From assembly GCA_964587755.1 (NCBI GenBank), contig CAZPMC010000006.1:5488-69487 (forward strand): a stretch of DNA of 64,000 bases, given 5' to 3'. This stretch comes from an uncultured Oscillospiraceae bacterium. GTDB taxonomy: Bacteria; Bacillota; Clostridia; Acetivibrionales; DTU013. The position numbers and the translations under genes were made by a program. Below are positions 38,023 through 47,929 of this stretch, piece by piece. Numbering within the stretch: the stretch's first letter is position 1; each line of letters opens with the position of its first letter. The notes under the pieces are model-generated. The model was not told the DNA's origin and searched no databases. It saw only the letters and a list, made by a program, of their open reading frames with translations.

Positions 38023-39573
38023 ATGAATAATATCATTGAAATGAGAAATATCGTCAAGAAATTTGGCGACTTTGTAGCTAACGATAATATTAATCTTGAA
38101 GTCAGAGAAGGAGAGATACATGCCTTGCTCGGTGAAAACGGAGCAGGTAAAAGTACTCTTATGAATGTACTGTATGGACTATATTCTCCCGATGGAGGGG
38201 AAATATATTTCAAGGGAGAAAAGGTCGAAATTAAAGGACCCTGTGATGCCATCAAATTGAATATCGGTATGGTTCATCAACACTTCATGTTAATACCTGT
38301 ATTTACCGTAGCCGAGAACCTGATACTTGGGGCTGAACCGGTTAAAGGCATATCCCTCGACATCAAGAAGGCAATATCACAAATCGAAACAGTTTCAAAG
38401 GAGTACGGCCTTGCTGTTGACCCTAATGCGCTGATTTCCAATATATCTGTTGGAATGCAGCAAAGAGTTGAAATTCTTAAGGTTTTGCTCCGCGGAGCTA
38501 AGGTTTTAATTTTTGACGAGCCGACAGCTGTTTTGACACCACAAGAAATAACTGAATTCTTTGGGATATGCAGAACCCTTCAGGCTCGTGGACATACGAT
38601 TATTATAATCACACACAAGCTTAAGGAAATAAAACAGATAAGTGACAGGGTTACTGTTATAAGAAAAGGTAAGAATATCGGGACTGTTGACACAAACACT
38701 GTCAGTGAACAGGACTTAGCCGAAATGATGGTTGGCAGAAAGGTTATACTGTGTGCAAATAAGAGTGAACAGGAATGTGGTTCACCGGTTCTTGAAATAG
38801 AGGATCTGCACGCAAATAATTACAGAGGCCTGCCAGCACTGCAAGGCTTGTCCTTGAAGGTATGTGCCGGCGAAATAGTGGGAATCGCAGGCGTTGAAGG
38901 CAACGGGCAGACAGAGCTGGCCCTTGTATTGAAAAAGCTTATAAACAAGACTAAAGGAACAATAAAGTTCTGCGGTAAGGAATATACAAAGAAAACTACA
39001 ACCCAGGGACTTATCGATGCAGGCCTTGCTCATATCCCTGAGGATAGGCAGAAACACGGCTTGATTTTGAACTTTTCCATAAAAGAAAATCTTATACTTG
39101 GATGCGAAGACAAGTCAGAATTTACAAAAAGCGTGTTTTTAGATGAGAAAAAAATCAGTTCTTACGGAGATGTTTTAATAGAAGAGTATGATATTAGATG
39201 CAGGGGAGCTGACATGCTGGCAGGAGGATTGTCGGGAGGAAATCAGCAAAAAGTCATACTGGCTCGTGAAATCTCGAGAAATCCTAAGCTGTTAATCGTA
39301 TCGCAGCCGACAAGAGGGCTTGATGTCGGCGCTATAGAGTATGTACATGCCCAGCTTCTTGAACAAAGGAAAAAGGGTTGTGCAATATTGCTGATATCCT
39401 ATGAGCTGGACGAAATAATGTCCTTAAGTGATAGAATACTGACAATTTACAACGGGAAAATTGTTTCAGAACACAGATGCTGCGATGTGACAAGAGAAAC
39501 GATCGGACTAGCAATGACAGGCATAACACAACACAAACAAGTAAACGATACGTCCCAAGAAGGAGTACAATGA
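38023..39573 (+). CDS. ABC transporter ATP-binding protein with duplicated ABC domains (nucleoside/sugar type)
   Basis: 516 aa. Walker A GENGAGKST, the first signature region, a second domain with LSGGNQQK, and Walker B. Confidence 0.9.
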   Translation: MNNIIEMRNIVKKFGDFVANDNINLEVREGEIHALLGENGAGKSTLMNVLYGLYSPDGGEIYFKGEKVEIKGPCDAIKLNIGMVHQHFMLIPVFTVAENLILGAEPVKGISLDIKKAISQIETVSKEYGLAVDPNALISNISVGMQQRVEILKVLLRGAKVLIFDEPTAVLTPQEITEFFGICRTLQARGHTIIIITHKLKEIKQISDRVTVIRKGKNIGTVDTNTVSEQDLAEMMVGRKVILCANKSEQECGSPVLEIEDLHANNYRGLPALQGLSLKVCAGEIVGIAGVEGNGQTELALVLKKLINKTKGTIKFCGKEYTKKTTTQGLIDAGLAHIPEDRQKHGLILNFSIKENLILGCEDKSEFTKSVFLDEKKISSYGDVLIEEYDIRCRGADMLAGGLSGGNQQKVILAREISRNPKLLIVSQPTRGLDVGAIEYVHAQLLEQRKKGCAILLISYELDEIMSLSDRILTIYNGKIVSEHRCCDVTRETIGLAMTGITQHKQVNDTSQEGVQ

Positions 39574-40682
39574 TGAATAAGAAGAGCTCGGGTATAAAGA
39601 GTATTTTATACAAAGCGTTAGATATGTTTCTTGACCCCATTATGGCAATAATATTTTCCCTTGTATTGGGAGCTATTATAATAGGGTCACTTGGATATGA
39701 CGTGAGCAAGGCATATAAAGCACTTGCATCAGGCGCATTTGGCAGCATCCGCTCAATTGGTCAGACGCTGCTTGCCGCCACACCTCTTATGTTTACCGCC
39801 ATGGCGTTTTCAATGGCCTACAGGTGCGGAATGTTTAACCTGGGTGGAGAAGGTCAGTTCTATTCGGGTGCCATTTTAGGTGCCTGGGTCGGGTTTGCCA
39901 TTAAGGGATTACCTGCACCGGTGCATATTTTGGTAGTTATTTTAGCAGGTGCCTTGGGGGGTATGATTACTGCATTTGTTCCCGGTATTCTCAAAGCGAA
40001 GCGCGGTGTTCATGAGGTTATAATTTGTATAATGATGAACTACATTGCTATAAATACAACTAATTATCTGGTGAGTTCCGGTGGTCCCCTTCGTCTTGGG
40101 AGCACAATGCCGGCAACACCCATAATACAGGAATCTGCAAAGCTCCCAATTGTGATTAAGGGTACTACTTTTACTGGTGGATTTTTTATAGCATGTCTGA
40201 TAGCCATAATTTATTACTTCTTCTTATGGAAAACGCGTGAAGGTTACAAAATAAGGGCAGTTGGAGGAAACCCTACTGCGGCTGAGTGCGGTGGTATCAG
40301 AAGTACAAAGTATTCTGTAATTGCACTTGTGATTGCGGGAGCAATGGCCGGAATCGGCGGATCTATTGAAATCATTGGAATACATAACAGATTCTATGCA
40401 AATTTCTCTTCAGGCTATGGTTTTGAAGGTGTTGCAGTAAGTATGCTCGGCGGAAACCATCCATTTGGAATCATTCTCTCGTCATTGTTATTCGGCGCCT
40501 TAAAATCAGGTGCTATGGCTATGCAAATTCAAGCGGGGACGAATGCGGAGCTGGTAAAAATCCTCCAAGCTCTTGTAATTTTCTTCATAGCCGGGAAATG
40601 GAGCATTCTGTATTTAATCACAAGGGCGAGAAAAAAGCGTCAAAACAACAAAAGTATGGATTTAAACATGGTCCAGGAATGA
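39570..40682 (+). CDS. ABC transporter permease (BMP-system, first permease)
   Basis: Polytopic membrane protein. The start ATG at 39570/39573 overlaps the ATPase stop, with AGGAG at 39561-39565. The ORF-track start at 39477 is an upstream extension inside the ATPase gene. Confidence 0.85.
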   Translation: MMNKKSSGIKSILYKALDMFLDPIMAIIFSLVLGAIIIGSLGYDVSKAYKALASGAFGSIRSIGQTLLAATPLMFTAMAFSMAYRCGMFNLGGEGQFYSGAILGAWVGFAIKGLPAPVHILVVILAGALGGMITAFVPGILKAKRGVHEVIICIMMNYIAINTTNYLVSSGGPLRLGSTMPATPIIQESAKLPIVIKGTTFTGGFFIACLIAIIYYFFLWKTREGYKIRAVGGNPTAAECGGIRSTKYSVIALVIAGAMAGIGGSIEIIGIHNRFYANFSSGYGFEGVAVSMLGGNHPFGIILSSLLFGALKSGAMAMQIQAGTNAELVKILQALVIFFIAGKWSILYLITRARKKRQNNKSMDLNMVQE

Positions 40683-40695
40683 GGAGGAAACTGCT

Positions 40696-41628
40696 GTGGA
40701 AGAAATTTTATCAATATTTAGCACAGGCTTTTTTGCTTCCGCTCTACGTATGGCAACACCGCTTATACTCGGTGGTATCGGCGCATTGTTCTCGGAGCGA
40801 GCCGGTATATTAAACCTTGGCGTTGAAGGTATGATGCTTATGGGAGCATTTGTTGCAGCTATTACATCACTTTTTACAGGAAGCCCTTGGCTAGGCGTTC
40901 TTGGTGGCGCTGCAGCCGGCGGACTGGTAGGCTTGCTGCATGCTTTCATGTGTATAAAAGTAAAAGCAAATCAAACTGTTATTGGTACAGGTATTAATAT
41001 TATGGCAATGGGGGTTCCCCCCATGATATTGCAGGCGCTCTACGGAAATCCGGGAAGCACACCCAGTGTTCCCAGCCTTAATTCAATAAGCATACCTGGT
41101 TTAAAGAGCGTACCTATTCTCGGTGAAATAATAGGAACACACAACCCGCTTACTTATATTGCTTTGCTGCTTGTACCCATAACCACGTTTTTTCTGTACA
41201 GAATGAAGACCGGACTTCAGATAAGAGCGGTGGGTGAGCATCCATTGGCTGCGGACACTGTGGGTGTTAATGTTTTCAGGATAAAGTACGGCTGTGTTAT
41301 TTTCAGCGGTGTTCTCTCCGGTATAGCCGGTGCATATTTGTCCCTTAGCCAGGTAGCCATGTTTGTAAAGGGAATGACAAACGGGCGTGGATTTATGGCA
41401 ATGGCAGCAATGATATTTGGAAACTGGACACCGGTGGGAGTATTTAAGGGTTCATTGCTGTTTGGTTTTGCAGACAGCCTTCAGATGTCTATTCAGGTTG
41501 CAGGCTGGCCTATACCTACAGACTTTTTGCTCAGCTTGCCTTATATACTGACAATAATTACCCTGGCGGGATTCGTAGGTAAGGCAGTCGGACCAAAGAG
41601 CGTCGGAAAGCCTTACATAAAAGAATAG
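40696..41628 (+). CDS. ABC transporter permease (BMP-system, second permease)
   Basis: 310 aa, polytopic. GTG start 7 nt after GAGGAGG. Confidence 0.85.
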   Translation: MEEILSIFSTGFFASALRMATPLILGGIGALFSERAGILNLGVEGMMLMGAFVAAITSLFTGSPWLGVLGGAAAGGLVGLLHAFMCIKVKANQTVIGTGINIMAMGVPPMILQALYGNPGSTPSVPSLNSISIPGLKSVPILGEIIGTHNPLTYIALLLVPITTFFLYRMKTGLQIRAVGEHPLAADTVGVNVFRIKYGCVIFSGVLSGIAGAYLSLSQVAMFVKGMTNGRGFMAMAAMIFGNWTPVGVFKGSLLFGFADSLQMSIQVAGWPIPTDFLLSLPYILTIITLAGFVGKAVGPKSVGKPYIKE

Positions 41629-41652
41629 CCAGAATAGTTGGGAGTAAAATTA

Positions 41653-43020
41653 ATGCTAGAAAATAAGCAATCTATTTTAATAAAAAACGCTCTTGTAGTA
41701 ACGATGAATCCCCATGATGAAATTTTCCGTGGAAGCATTTACATTGTGGACGGCAGGATTAAAGAAGTCGGTACTAAAAGAGAGACGGCAGACAAGGTGA
41801 TTGATGCCGGCGGCAGAATTGTAATGCCGGGATTTATTCAGACTCACATTCACCTGTGTCAGGTATTGTTCAGGGGATTAGCAGACGACATGGATGTTGT
41901 TGATTGGCTAAAGCATAGAATATGGCCCTTTGAATCAGCACATAATGAGGACTCAATAAATGCGTCGGCGTATCTAGGTATTGCAGAGCTTATTGCCGGC
42001 GGTACAACAACGGCATTAACAATGGAAACCACTCGGTACACCGACGGGGTTTTTTCCGCCATTGAGGAATCAGGATTCCGTGGGTTTTGCGGTAATGCCA
42101 TGATGGATGTGGTAGAGCCGGGAACAATGATGAAAGGACTAAGCACTCAGGAAAGTTTTGATGAGAGCAAGCGCCTTTTCAATACATGGCATGGAAAGGG
42201 AAACGGACGGGTCAATTATACAGTTATGCCCCGGGGAGCCAGAAATTGTTCTCCTGAGCTTGTTAAGCGTTCACATGCTTTTGCCCGGGAAAACGGACTG
42301 TTGCTGCACACCCATGTTTCTGAAAACGGGCCTTTGTCAGAAAGACTTAAAAAAGAAACGGGCTTAGGAGACATTGAGCTTCTCGAAAGTCAGGGCGTAG
42401 CTGACGAAAAACTAGTTGTTGCCCATGCCATATGGCTAAATGAAAATGATGTGGATATTATCAAGCGCAGGGGGGTAAAGATAGCCCATTGCCCTTCTGC
42501 CAATATGAAGCTCAGCTCAGGATTTTGTAAGGTTCCTGAAATGCTTGATATGGGGATTGACATTTCACTTGGCGCTGATGGAGCGCCATGCAACAATAAT
42601 CTGGATATGTTCAATGAAATGCGTCTAGCCAGCCTGATTCACAAGCCAAGATGCGGGCCTACATCAATGAAGGCATATGAGGTATTGAAGATGGCGACAA
42701 TGGGAGGCGCAAAATGCCTCGGAATTGAAAATGAAGTCGGAAGTCTTGAGACAGGCAAAAAGGCTGATATCATCATTATCAATACAGATGAGCTACACTG
42801 CAGTCCTATGGCAGGTGTTCCGGTAGAATCACAAATCGTGTACTCAATCAAGAGCTCAGATGTTGACACTACCATAATTGATGGTGTTGTTTTATATGAA
42901 AACAAAAAGTTTACGATAATGAACAAGAAAAAAATACTTGAGACTGCCGGAAGAGAAATTGAGAGGCTGTTAGACAGGGTGCCATTCGGCAAAGAGCTGA
43001 TAGAGTCGTTGCCGTATTAG
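41653..43020 (+). CDS. amidohydrolase, MtaD/guanine-deaminase-like (paralog 4)
   Basis: MPGFIQTHIHLCQ..RGLADDMDVVDWLKHRIWP, HTHVSE, GADG and GSLETGKKADIIII. ATG 41653 has a TGGGAG RBS. Confidence 0.8.
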   Translation: MLENKQSILIKNALVVTMNPHDEIFRGSIYIVDGRIKEVGTKRETADKVIDAGGRIVMPGFIQTHIHLCQVLFRGLADDMDVVDWLKHRIWPFESAHNEDSINASAYLGIAELIAGGTTTALTMETTRYTDGVFSAIEESGFRGFCGNAMMDVVEPGTMMKGLSTQESFDESKRLFNTWHGKGNGRVNYTVMPRGARNCSPELVKRSHAFARENGLLLHTHVSENGPLSERLKKETGLGDIELLESQGVADEKLVVAHAIWLNENDVDIIKRRGVKIAHCPSANMKLSSGFCKVPEMLDMGIDISLGADGAPCNNNLDMFNEMRLASLIHKPRCGPTSMKAYEVLKMATMGGAKCLGIENEVGSLETGKKADIIIINTDELHCSPMAGVPVESQIVYSIKSSDVDTTIIDGVVLYENKKFTIMNKKKILETAGREIERLLDRVPFGKELIESLPY

Positions 43021-43046
43021 ACGGATTAAAGGAGATGTATTATTTT

Positions 43047-43808
43047 ATGCGGCTTAAAAATAAGGTAGCACTTATAACCGGAGCGGGAACGGGAATGGGC
43101 AGAGAAACTGCAATGGAATTCCTGCGTCAGGGAGCAAAGGTGGTTATAGCTGATATTAATAAGGAAGCACTGGATACGGCAGTAGCCAAGGGGAAGGAAA
43201 TTTCTCCGGATATAACCGGTGTGCATGCAGATCTTACGAATGAAGAAGACTGTAAAAGATTTATTGATACGGCAGTTGAAGCATACGGAACAATAGACGT
43301 ATTGTTTAACAATCTTGGTATTAACCTTGCCGCTACCATAACCCAGACTACTTTAGAGCAGTGGGATAAGATATTTGCCGTAAATGTAAGAGCAATGTTT
43401 TTGACATGCAAGTACACGCTTCCCATAATGATGAAAAACGGGGGCGGTTCCATTATAAACACTTCATCTGGCGGTGGTATTGTTGCGCTTAAGGGACTTG
43501 CGGCATACAGCGCATCAAAGGGCTCTGTAATTTCACTTACCAGAAGTATTGCAGTTGATTATGCACCATATAACATCCGGTGCAATTATCTCGTACCGGG
43601 AGTTATTATGACGGAAATGACTAAAAAGGTAATTGATGAACAGGAGGACCCTGAAGCATACGCTGAAAACATGAGGACTAACAATCCGTTGCAAAGATTC
43701 GGAACAGAAAATGAAATTGCAATGGCAGCTGTATTTTTAGCTTCAGATGATACCAGATTTATGACAGGGGCAGGAGTCGTCGCCGACGGCGGATATTCAG
43801 CCCAATAA
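43047..43808 (+). CDS. SDR-family oxidoreductase (tandem paralog 1)
   Basis: TGAGTGMG cofactor motif, NNLG, and the YSASK catalytic motif. Start chosen by alignment with the paralog beginning MRLKDK. Confidence 0.85.
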   Translation: MRLKNKVALITGAGTGMGRETAMEFLRQGAKVVIADINKEALDTAVAKGKEISPDITGVHADLTNEEDCKRFIDTAVEAYGTIDVLFNNLGINLAATITQTTLEQWDKIFAVNVRAMFLTCKYTLPIMMKNGGGSIINTSSGGGIVALKGLAAYSASKGSVISLTRSIAVDYAPYNIRCNYLVPGVIMTEMTKKVIDEQEDPEAYAENMRTNNPLQRFGTENEIAMAAVFLASDDTRFMTGAGVVADGGYSAQ

Positions 43809-43860
43809 CACGCCAGTAATATCTGATACAAAATTAAAGTACCAACGGAGGATATAAACT

Positions 43861-44622
43861 ATGCGGTTAAAGGATAAAGTAGCAATTATTACCGGAGGCG
43901 CAAAAGGGATGGGCAGAACAAGCGTGCTCAGATTCCTGGAAGAGGGTGCAAAGGTAGTAGTTGCTGATATAGACGAAAAGGGAATGCTTGAAACTGTAGA
44001 ACTAGGCAAGCAGATTAGTGAAAATGTAATAGGCATGAAGGTAGATTTGACAAAGGAAAATGAAGTTAAAAATTTAGTTGATAAAACAGTCGAAGCTTTT
44101 GGGACAATAGATGTGCTTTTTAATAATGCAGGTATGAATCATGCTGCGCTCTTACATGAAACAACCCTGGAGGACTGGGAGCTTGTTTTTGATGTGAATG
44201 TCAAGAGCATGTTTCTCACATGTAAATATGTTCTGCCCATTATGATGGAAAAGCGCAAGGGCTCCATAATAAACACAGCATCACCCGGGGCATTAGTAGG
44301 CTTAAGAGGAATTTCAGCTTATTGCGCATCGAAAGGTGCAGTCCCGTCACTAACAAGAAGTATTGCTATTGACTATGCCCAGTACAATATCAGAGCTAAT
44401 TTTCTGTGCCCGGGTGTTATTTTGACAGAAATGACAGAAAAAATTATTCAGTCCAAGCCGGACCCGGATGAGTTCAGAGAATGGTACCGTAAGGCAAGGC
44501 CGCTGGGACGATTTGGCGAGCCTGTTGAAATAGCAAATGCCGCAGTTTATCTGGCATCAGATGAAACAACATTTATGACAGGTGCCTCCATTGTAGCAGA
44601 TGGTGGGTTTACAGCACAATAA
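43861..44622 (+). CDS. SDR-family oxidoreductase (tandem paralog 2)
   Basis: TGGAKGMG, NNAG and YCASK. Collinear with the upstream SDR along its whole length. Confidence 0.85.
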   Translation: MRLKDKVAIITGGAKGMGRTSVLRFLEEGAKVVVADIDEKGMLETVELGKQISENVIGMKVDLTKENEVKNLVDKTVEAFGTIDVLFNNAGMNHAALLHETTLEDWELVFDVNVKSMFLTCKYVLPIMMEKRKGSIINTASPGALVGLRGISAYCASKGAVPSLTRSIAIDYAQYNIRANFLCPGVILTEMTEKIIQSKPDPDEFREWYRKARPLGRFGEPVEIANAAVYLASDETTFMTGASIVADGGFTAQ

Positions 44623-44644
44623 TACAAACCGGGAGGAAGATAAA

Positions 44645-45595
44645 TTGAAAATTTATATGCCTACAGTTTTTCCCGATCCTTTAATGGAAGGCTGGGATTC
44701 AGATATTGTACTTGATGTCAACCGTACCGGGTATCCGGTAAGCAGGGAGGAAATGAAGGAGCACATTAAGGATGCTGATGCTGTTATCATAAACCTTGAT
44801 GATGTATTTGACAAAGAGATGATTGACAGTGCCCCAAAATTGAAGGTTATTACCTTATTTGCAGGCAGCACTTACAATATTGATGTGGAATACGCCAAAA
44901 GCCGCGGGATTACAGTGTGTACCACCCCCGGCGAGATTTTTGAAAACACGGCAGACTTGACGTTTGCGCTTTTATTGTCTGCTGCCAGAAGGATACCTGA
45001 GGCAGACAGATATATCCGTGCCGGCAAATATAACAATTGGTGCCCCGCAGACCTTTTAGGCAGTGATATTTATGGGAAGACACTTGGAATATTAGGCCTA
45101 GGTATGATTGGCACTGCAGTGGCAAGACGTGCAAAAGGTTTTAATATGAAGATACTCTATAATGCTGCCCGTGGACCTAAGCCGGAACTGGAAGAGGAAC
45201 TTGGCTGCCAATTCGTTTCATTTGAAGAACTTATTAAGCAATCCGACTTTTTAAGCTTACACTGCAAGCTAAATCCTGACACTGAACACATTATTGGCAG
45301 GCGCGAGATTTCTATGATGAAAAAAAGCGCCTATTTGATTAATACGGGAAGAGGAAAGCTTGTTGACGAAGAAGCACTGGCTGATGCTTTGGAGGCAAAA
45401 GAAATCGCAGGTGCAGGACTTGATGTATTCGAATATGAGCCGAAGGTTACACAAAAGCTTTTAACATTAGATAACGTTGTTTTGACACCACATCTGGGAG
45501 CATCAAGCCTGGACAACCGTTTGGAGATGGCAAGAATTGCATTCCGTTGTACAAGGGATGCCCTGAAAGGCTTAGAACCGGAGTTCCATGCGTAA
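44645..45595 (+). CDS. D-isomer-specific 2-hydroxyacid dehydrogenase (glyoxylate/hydroxypyruvate reductase-like)
   Basis: GILGLGMIGTAVARR NAD motif, NTGRGKLVDE and TPHLGAS. TTG 44645 sits 8 nt after GGGAGG; ATG 44657 is an alternative start. Confidence 0.82.
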   Translation: MKIYMPTVFPDPLMEGWDSDIVLDVNRTGYPVSREEMKEHIKDADAVIINLDDVFDKEMIDSAPKLKVITLFAGSTYNIDVEYAKSRGITVCTTPGEIFENTADLTFALLLSAARRIPEADRYIRAGKYNNWCPADLLGSDIYGKTLGILGLGMIGTAVARRAKGFNMKILYNAARGPKPELEEELGCQFVSFEELIKQSDFLSLHCKLNPDTEHIIGRREISMMKKSAYLINTGRGKLVDEEALADALEAKEIAGAGLDVFEYEPKVTQKLLTLDNVVLTPHLGASSLDNRLEMARIAFRCTRDALKGLEPEFHA

Positions 45596-45656
45596 GCTTA
45601 AATTAATTTTGAAAAGTCATTGCATATTTAATTTTGATAGATAGGGAGGAATTTTT

Positions 45657-46688
45657 ATGGCAAAAGTAAAGGTTGGTGTAGCAGGCTATGGTGTTATCGG
45701 CCAACGCCTTGCAGATGGTGTTGCACTTCAGGAGGATATGGAGCTTGTAGGTATTGCTGATGTGGCTCCAACACTTTCTATCAGAGCTTTAAAAGAAAAG
45801 GGTATGCCCTACGACCTGTATTTGGTAAATGGCAGCAATAAGTCACAGTTTGATGAGCTTAACATTCCTGTCTCGGGCACCTTTGACGACCTTCTTGACA
45901 AAGTAGACATCATGCTTGATTCATCACCCGGCGGTGTAGGAGAAAAGAATAAGGAAATCTACCAGGCGAAGGGTGTAAAGGCAATATTTCAGGGTGGAGA
46001 AAAGAACTCTGTTGCAGATGTCTTTTTCCATGGTTATGCCAACTATGAAAAGGGATTAAATCAAAATTACCTTAAGCTTACAAGCTGTAACACCACCGGT
46101 TTAATACGTTCGGTTGACTGCCTTGACAGGCTTTTCGGAATTGAAAGAGTTGCAATTACTATAGTTAGACGTGTTGCAGACCCCGGCGACTATCATAGGG
46201 GCTTGACAAATGCTTTACAGATGGAAAAAGCACCGTCACATCAGGCTGTTGACCTTATGGAAATCATGCCCCATGTGGAGGCTACAGGAATACTTGTTCA
46301 CACTCCAGTAACCCATGGACATATTATTACTGTAGTAGCTAAGGGCAAAGAGAAAATTACTAAGGAAATGGCTCTTGAAGCATTTTCAAAGCATGAACGC
46401 ATCAGAATAGTTTCAATTGACGAAGGCTTTAAGGGGAATGCATCTTTGTTCAGATATGCCCGTGACCTTGGTAACCCCAGAGGCGATATGTACGAGATTG
46501 CCATATGGTCTGACTCTATTGTTGAATACGGTGACGAAATCATGTTTGCTATAAACATTCCCCAGGAGGCTGTAACAATACCTGAAACCATTGATGGAAT
46601 CAGGGCGGCAATGGGAATGCAAACCGATAGATTAGAGGCTGTTGGGAAAACAAATAAATATTTGGGGTTGGGAAAGTGGAAAAAATGA
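45657..46688 (+). CDS. gap: glyceraldehyde-3-phosphate dehydrogenase, type II (archaeal type)
   Basis: 343 aa. KVGVAGYGVIGQRLADGVALQEDMELVGIAD and the catalytic SCNTTGL, as in archaeal phosphorylating GAPDH rather than the bacterial SCTTN type. Confidence 0.8.
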   Translation: MAKVKVGVAGYGVIGQRLADGVALQEDMELVGIADVAPTLSIRALKEKGMPYDLYLVNGSNKSQFDELNIPVSGTFDDLLDKVDIMLDSSPGGVGEKNKEIYQAKGVKAIFQGGEKNSVADVFFHGYANYEKGLNQNYLKLTSCNTTGLIRSVDCLDRLFGIERVAITIVRRVADPGDYHRGLTNALQMEKAPSHQAVDLMEIMPHVEATGILVHTPVTHGHIITVVAKGKEKITKEMALEAFSKHERIRIVSIDEGFKGNASLFRYARDLGNPRGDMYEIAIWSDSIVEYGDEIMFAINIPQEAVTIPETIDGIRAAMGMQTDRLEAVGKTNKYLGLGKWKK

Positions 46689-47929
46689 GAATTAAACAAC
46701 TTAATGGGATGAATGTAAGTGGAAAGCATGTACTTTTTCGTCCTGACATAAATTCTCCCATAGATCCTGATACGAAGAAAATTGTTAATGACAACAGAAT
46801 CAGAAAAATGGCCCCGACTCTTAAGTACCTTCTTGATGCAGGCGCTGCTGTTGCTATTATCGCACATCAGGGAGATACGCTGGACTACCAGAATTTGATA
46901 TCAATGCAAGAGCACGCTGAAAAGCTGTCTGAGGTAGTCGGATCTGAGATTAAATATATTGATGATGTGTGCGGGGATGCCGCCATAGCTTACGTCAAAG
47001 CCTTAAAGCCCGGCGAATGCATATTGCTTGGGAACTTGCGTTACCTTACCGAGGAGGTATCCACATTTGAACGGGATGTAAAGCTTACACCCGAACAGAT
47101 GAAGGATACATATCTCATTCGCAGGCTGGCGCCTTTGTTTGATCTCTATGTAAATGACGCTTTTTCTGCAGCCCATAGAAATTGTCCGAGCATGACGGGA
47201 TTTCAACACCTGCTTCCGTCAGCGGCAGGATTTCAGTTTTCCGATGAGTATTTTGCACTCAGCTCAGTGCGGGACAATACCAAGAGCCCTGCAGTGTTTG
47301 TGCTTGGCGGCGCCAAAATAAGCGATGCCTTCGGAATGATTGAGACTGTTCTTAAAAATGGAACGGCGGACAAGATATTAACAACAGGTATTACGGCAAT
47401 AACAATGCTGATTGCGTCAGGAGCTGACGTTGGAGAAAAGACATTAAAATTTCTAAAGGACAGGGATCTACTTGTTTTTGCAGAGCCGGCAAAAAAATAC
47501 TTAAAGGAATATGGCAGTAAAATAGAAATGCCTGTCGATTTAGCATATGAAGACAATGGTAGCCGGAAAGAAATAAGTGTTGATAAATTGCCTTTGGATA
47601 CTTTATATCCGGATATCGGGTCTAAAACCATAGAAAAATACTCATCCATACTAAAGGATGCAGGCACAATATTTGCAAACGGACCAGCCGGAGTTTACGA
47701 GAATCCGCTTTTCACAAACGGAACAGAGGGTATATGGAAAGCAATTGCTGACAGTGACGCCTATTCTGTCATTGGCGGTGGTGATACTGTAAGCTCTGCG
47801 ACAAAGTTTATAGATGTAAAGAAAATAAGCTATGTATGTACAGCCGGCGGAGCAATGGTGCGTTTTATGTCGGGTAAGAAATTACCGTTGATAGAGGCAA
47901 TGGAAAATTCATATGGAGGTGTGAAATGA
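46685..47929 (+). CDS. pgk: phosphoglycerate kinase, archaeal-like
   Basis: VLFRPDINSPIDP, AHQGD...DY, LGNLRYLTEEV and YVNDAFSAAHRNCPSMTGF resemble archaeal PGK, not the bacterial SHLGRPKG type. ATGA overlap with gap. Confidence 0.78.
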   Translation: MRIKQLNGMNVSGKHVLFRPDINSPIDPDTKKIVNDNRIRKMAPTLKYLLDAGAAVAIIAHQGDTLDYQNLISMQEHAEKLSEVVGSEIKYIDDVCGDAAIAYVKALKPGECILLGNLRYLTEEVSTFERDVKLTPEQMKDTYLIRRLAPLFDLYVNDAFSAAHRNCPSMTGFQHLLPSAAGFQFSDEYFALSSVRDNTKSPAVFVLGGAKISDAFGMIETVLKNGTADKILTTGITAITMLIASGADVGEKTLKFLKDRDLLVFAEPAKKYLKEYGSKIEMPVDLAYEDNGSRKEISVDKLPLDTLYPDIGSKTIEKYSSILKDAGTIFANGPAGVYENPLFTNGTEGIWKAIADSDAYSVIGGGDTVSSATKFIDVKKISYVCTAGGAMVRFMSGKKLPLIEAMENSYGGVK

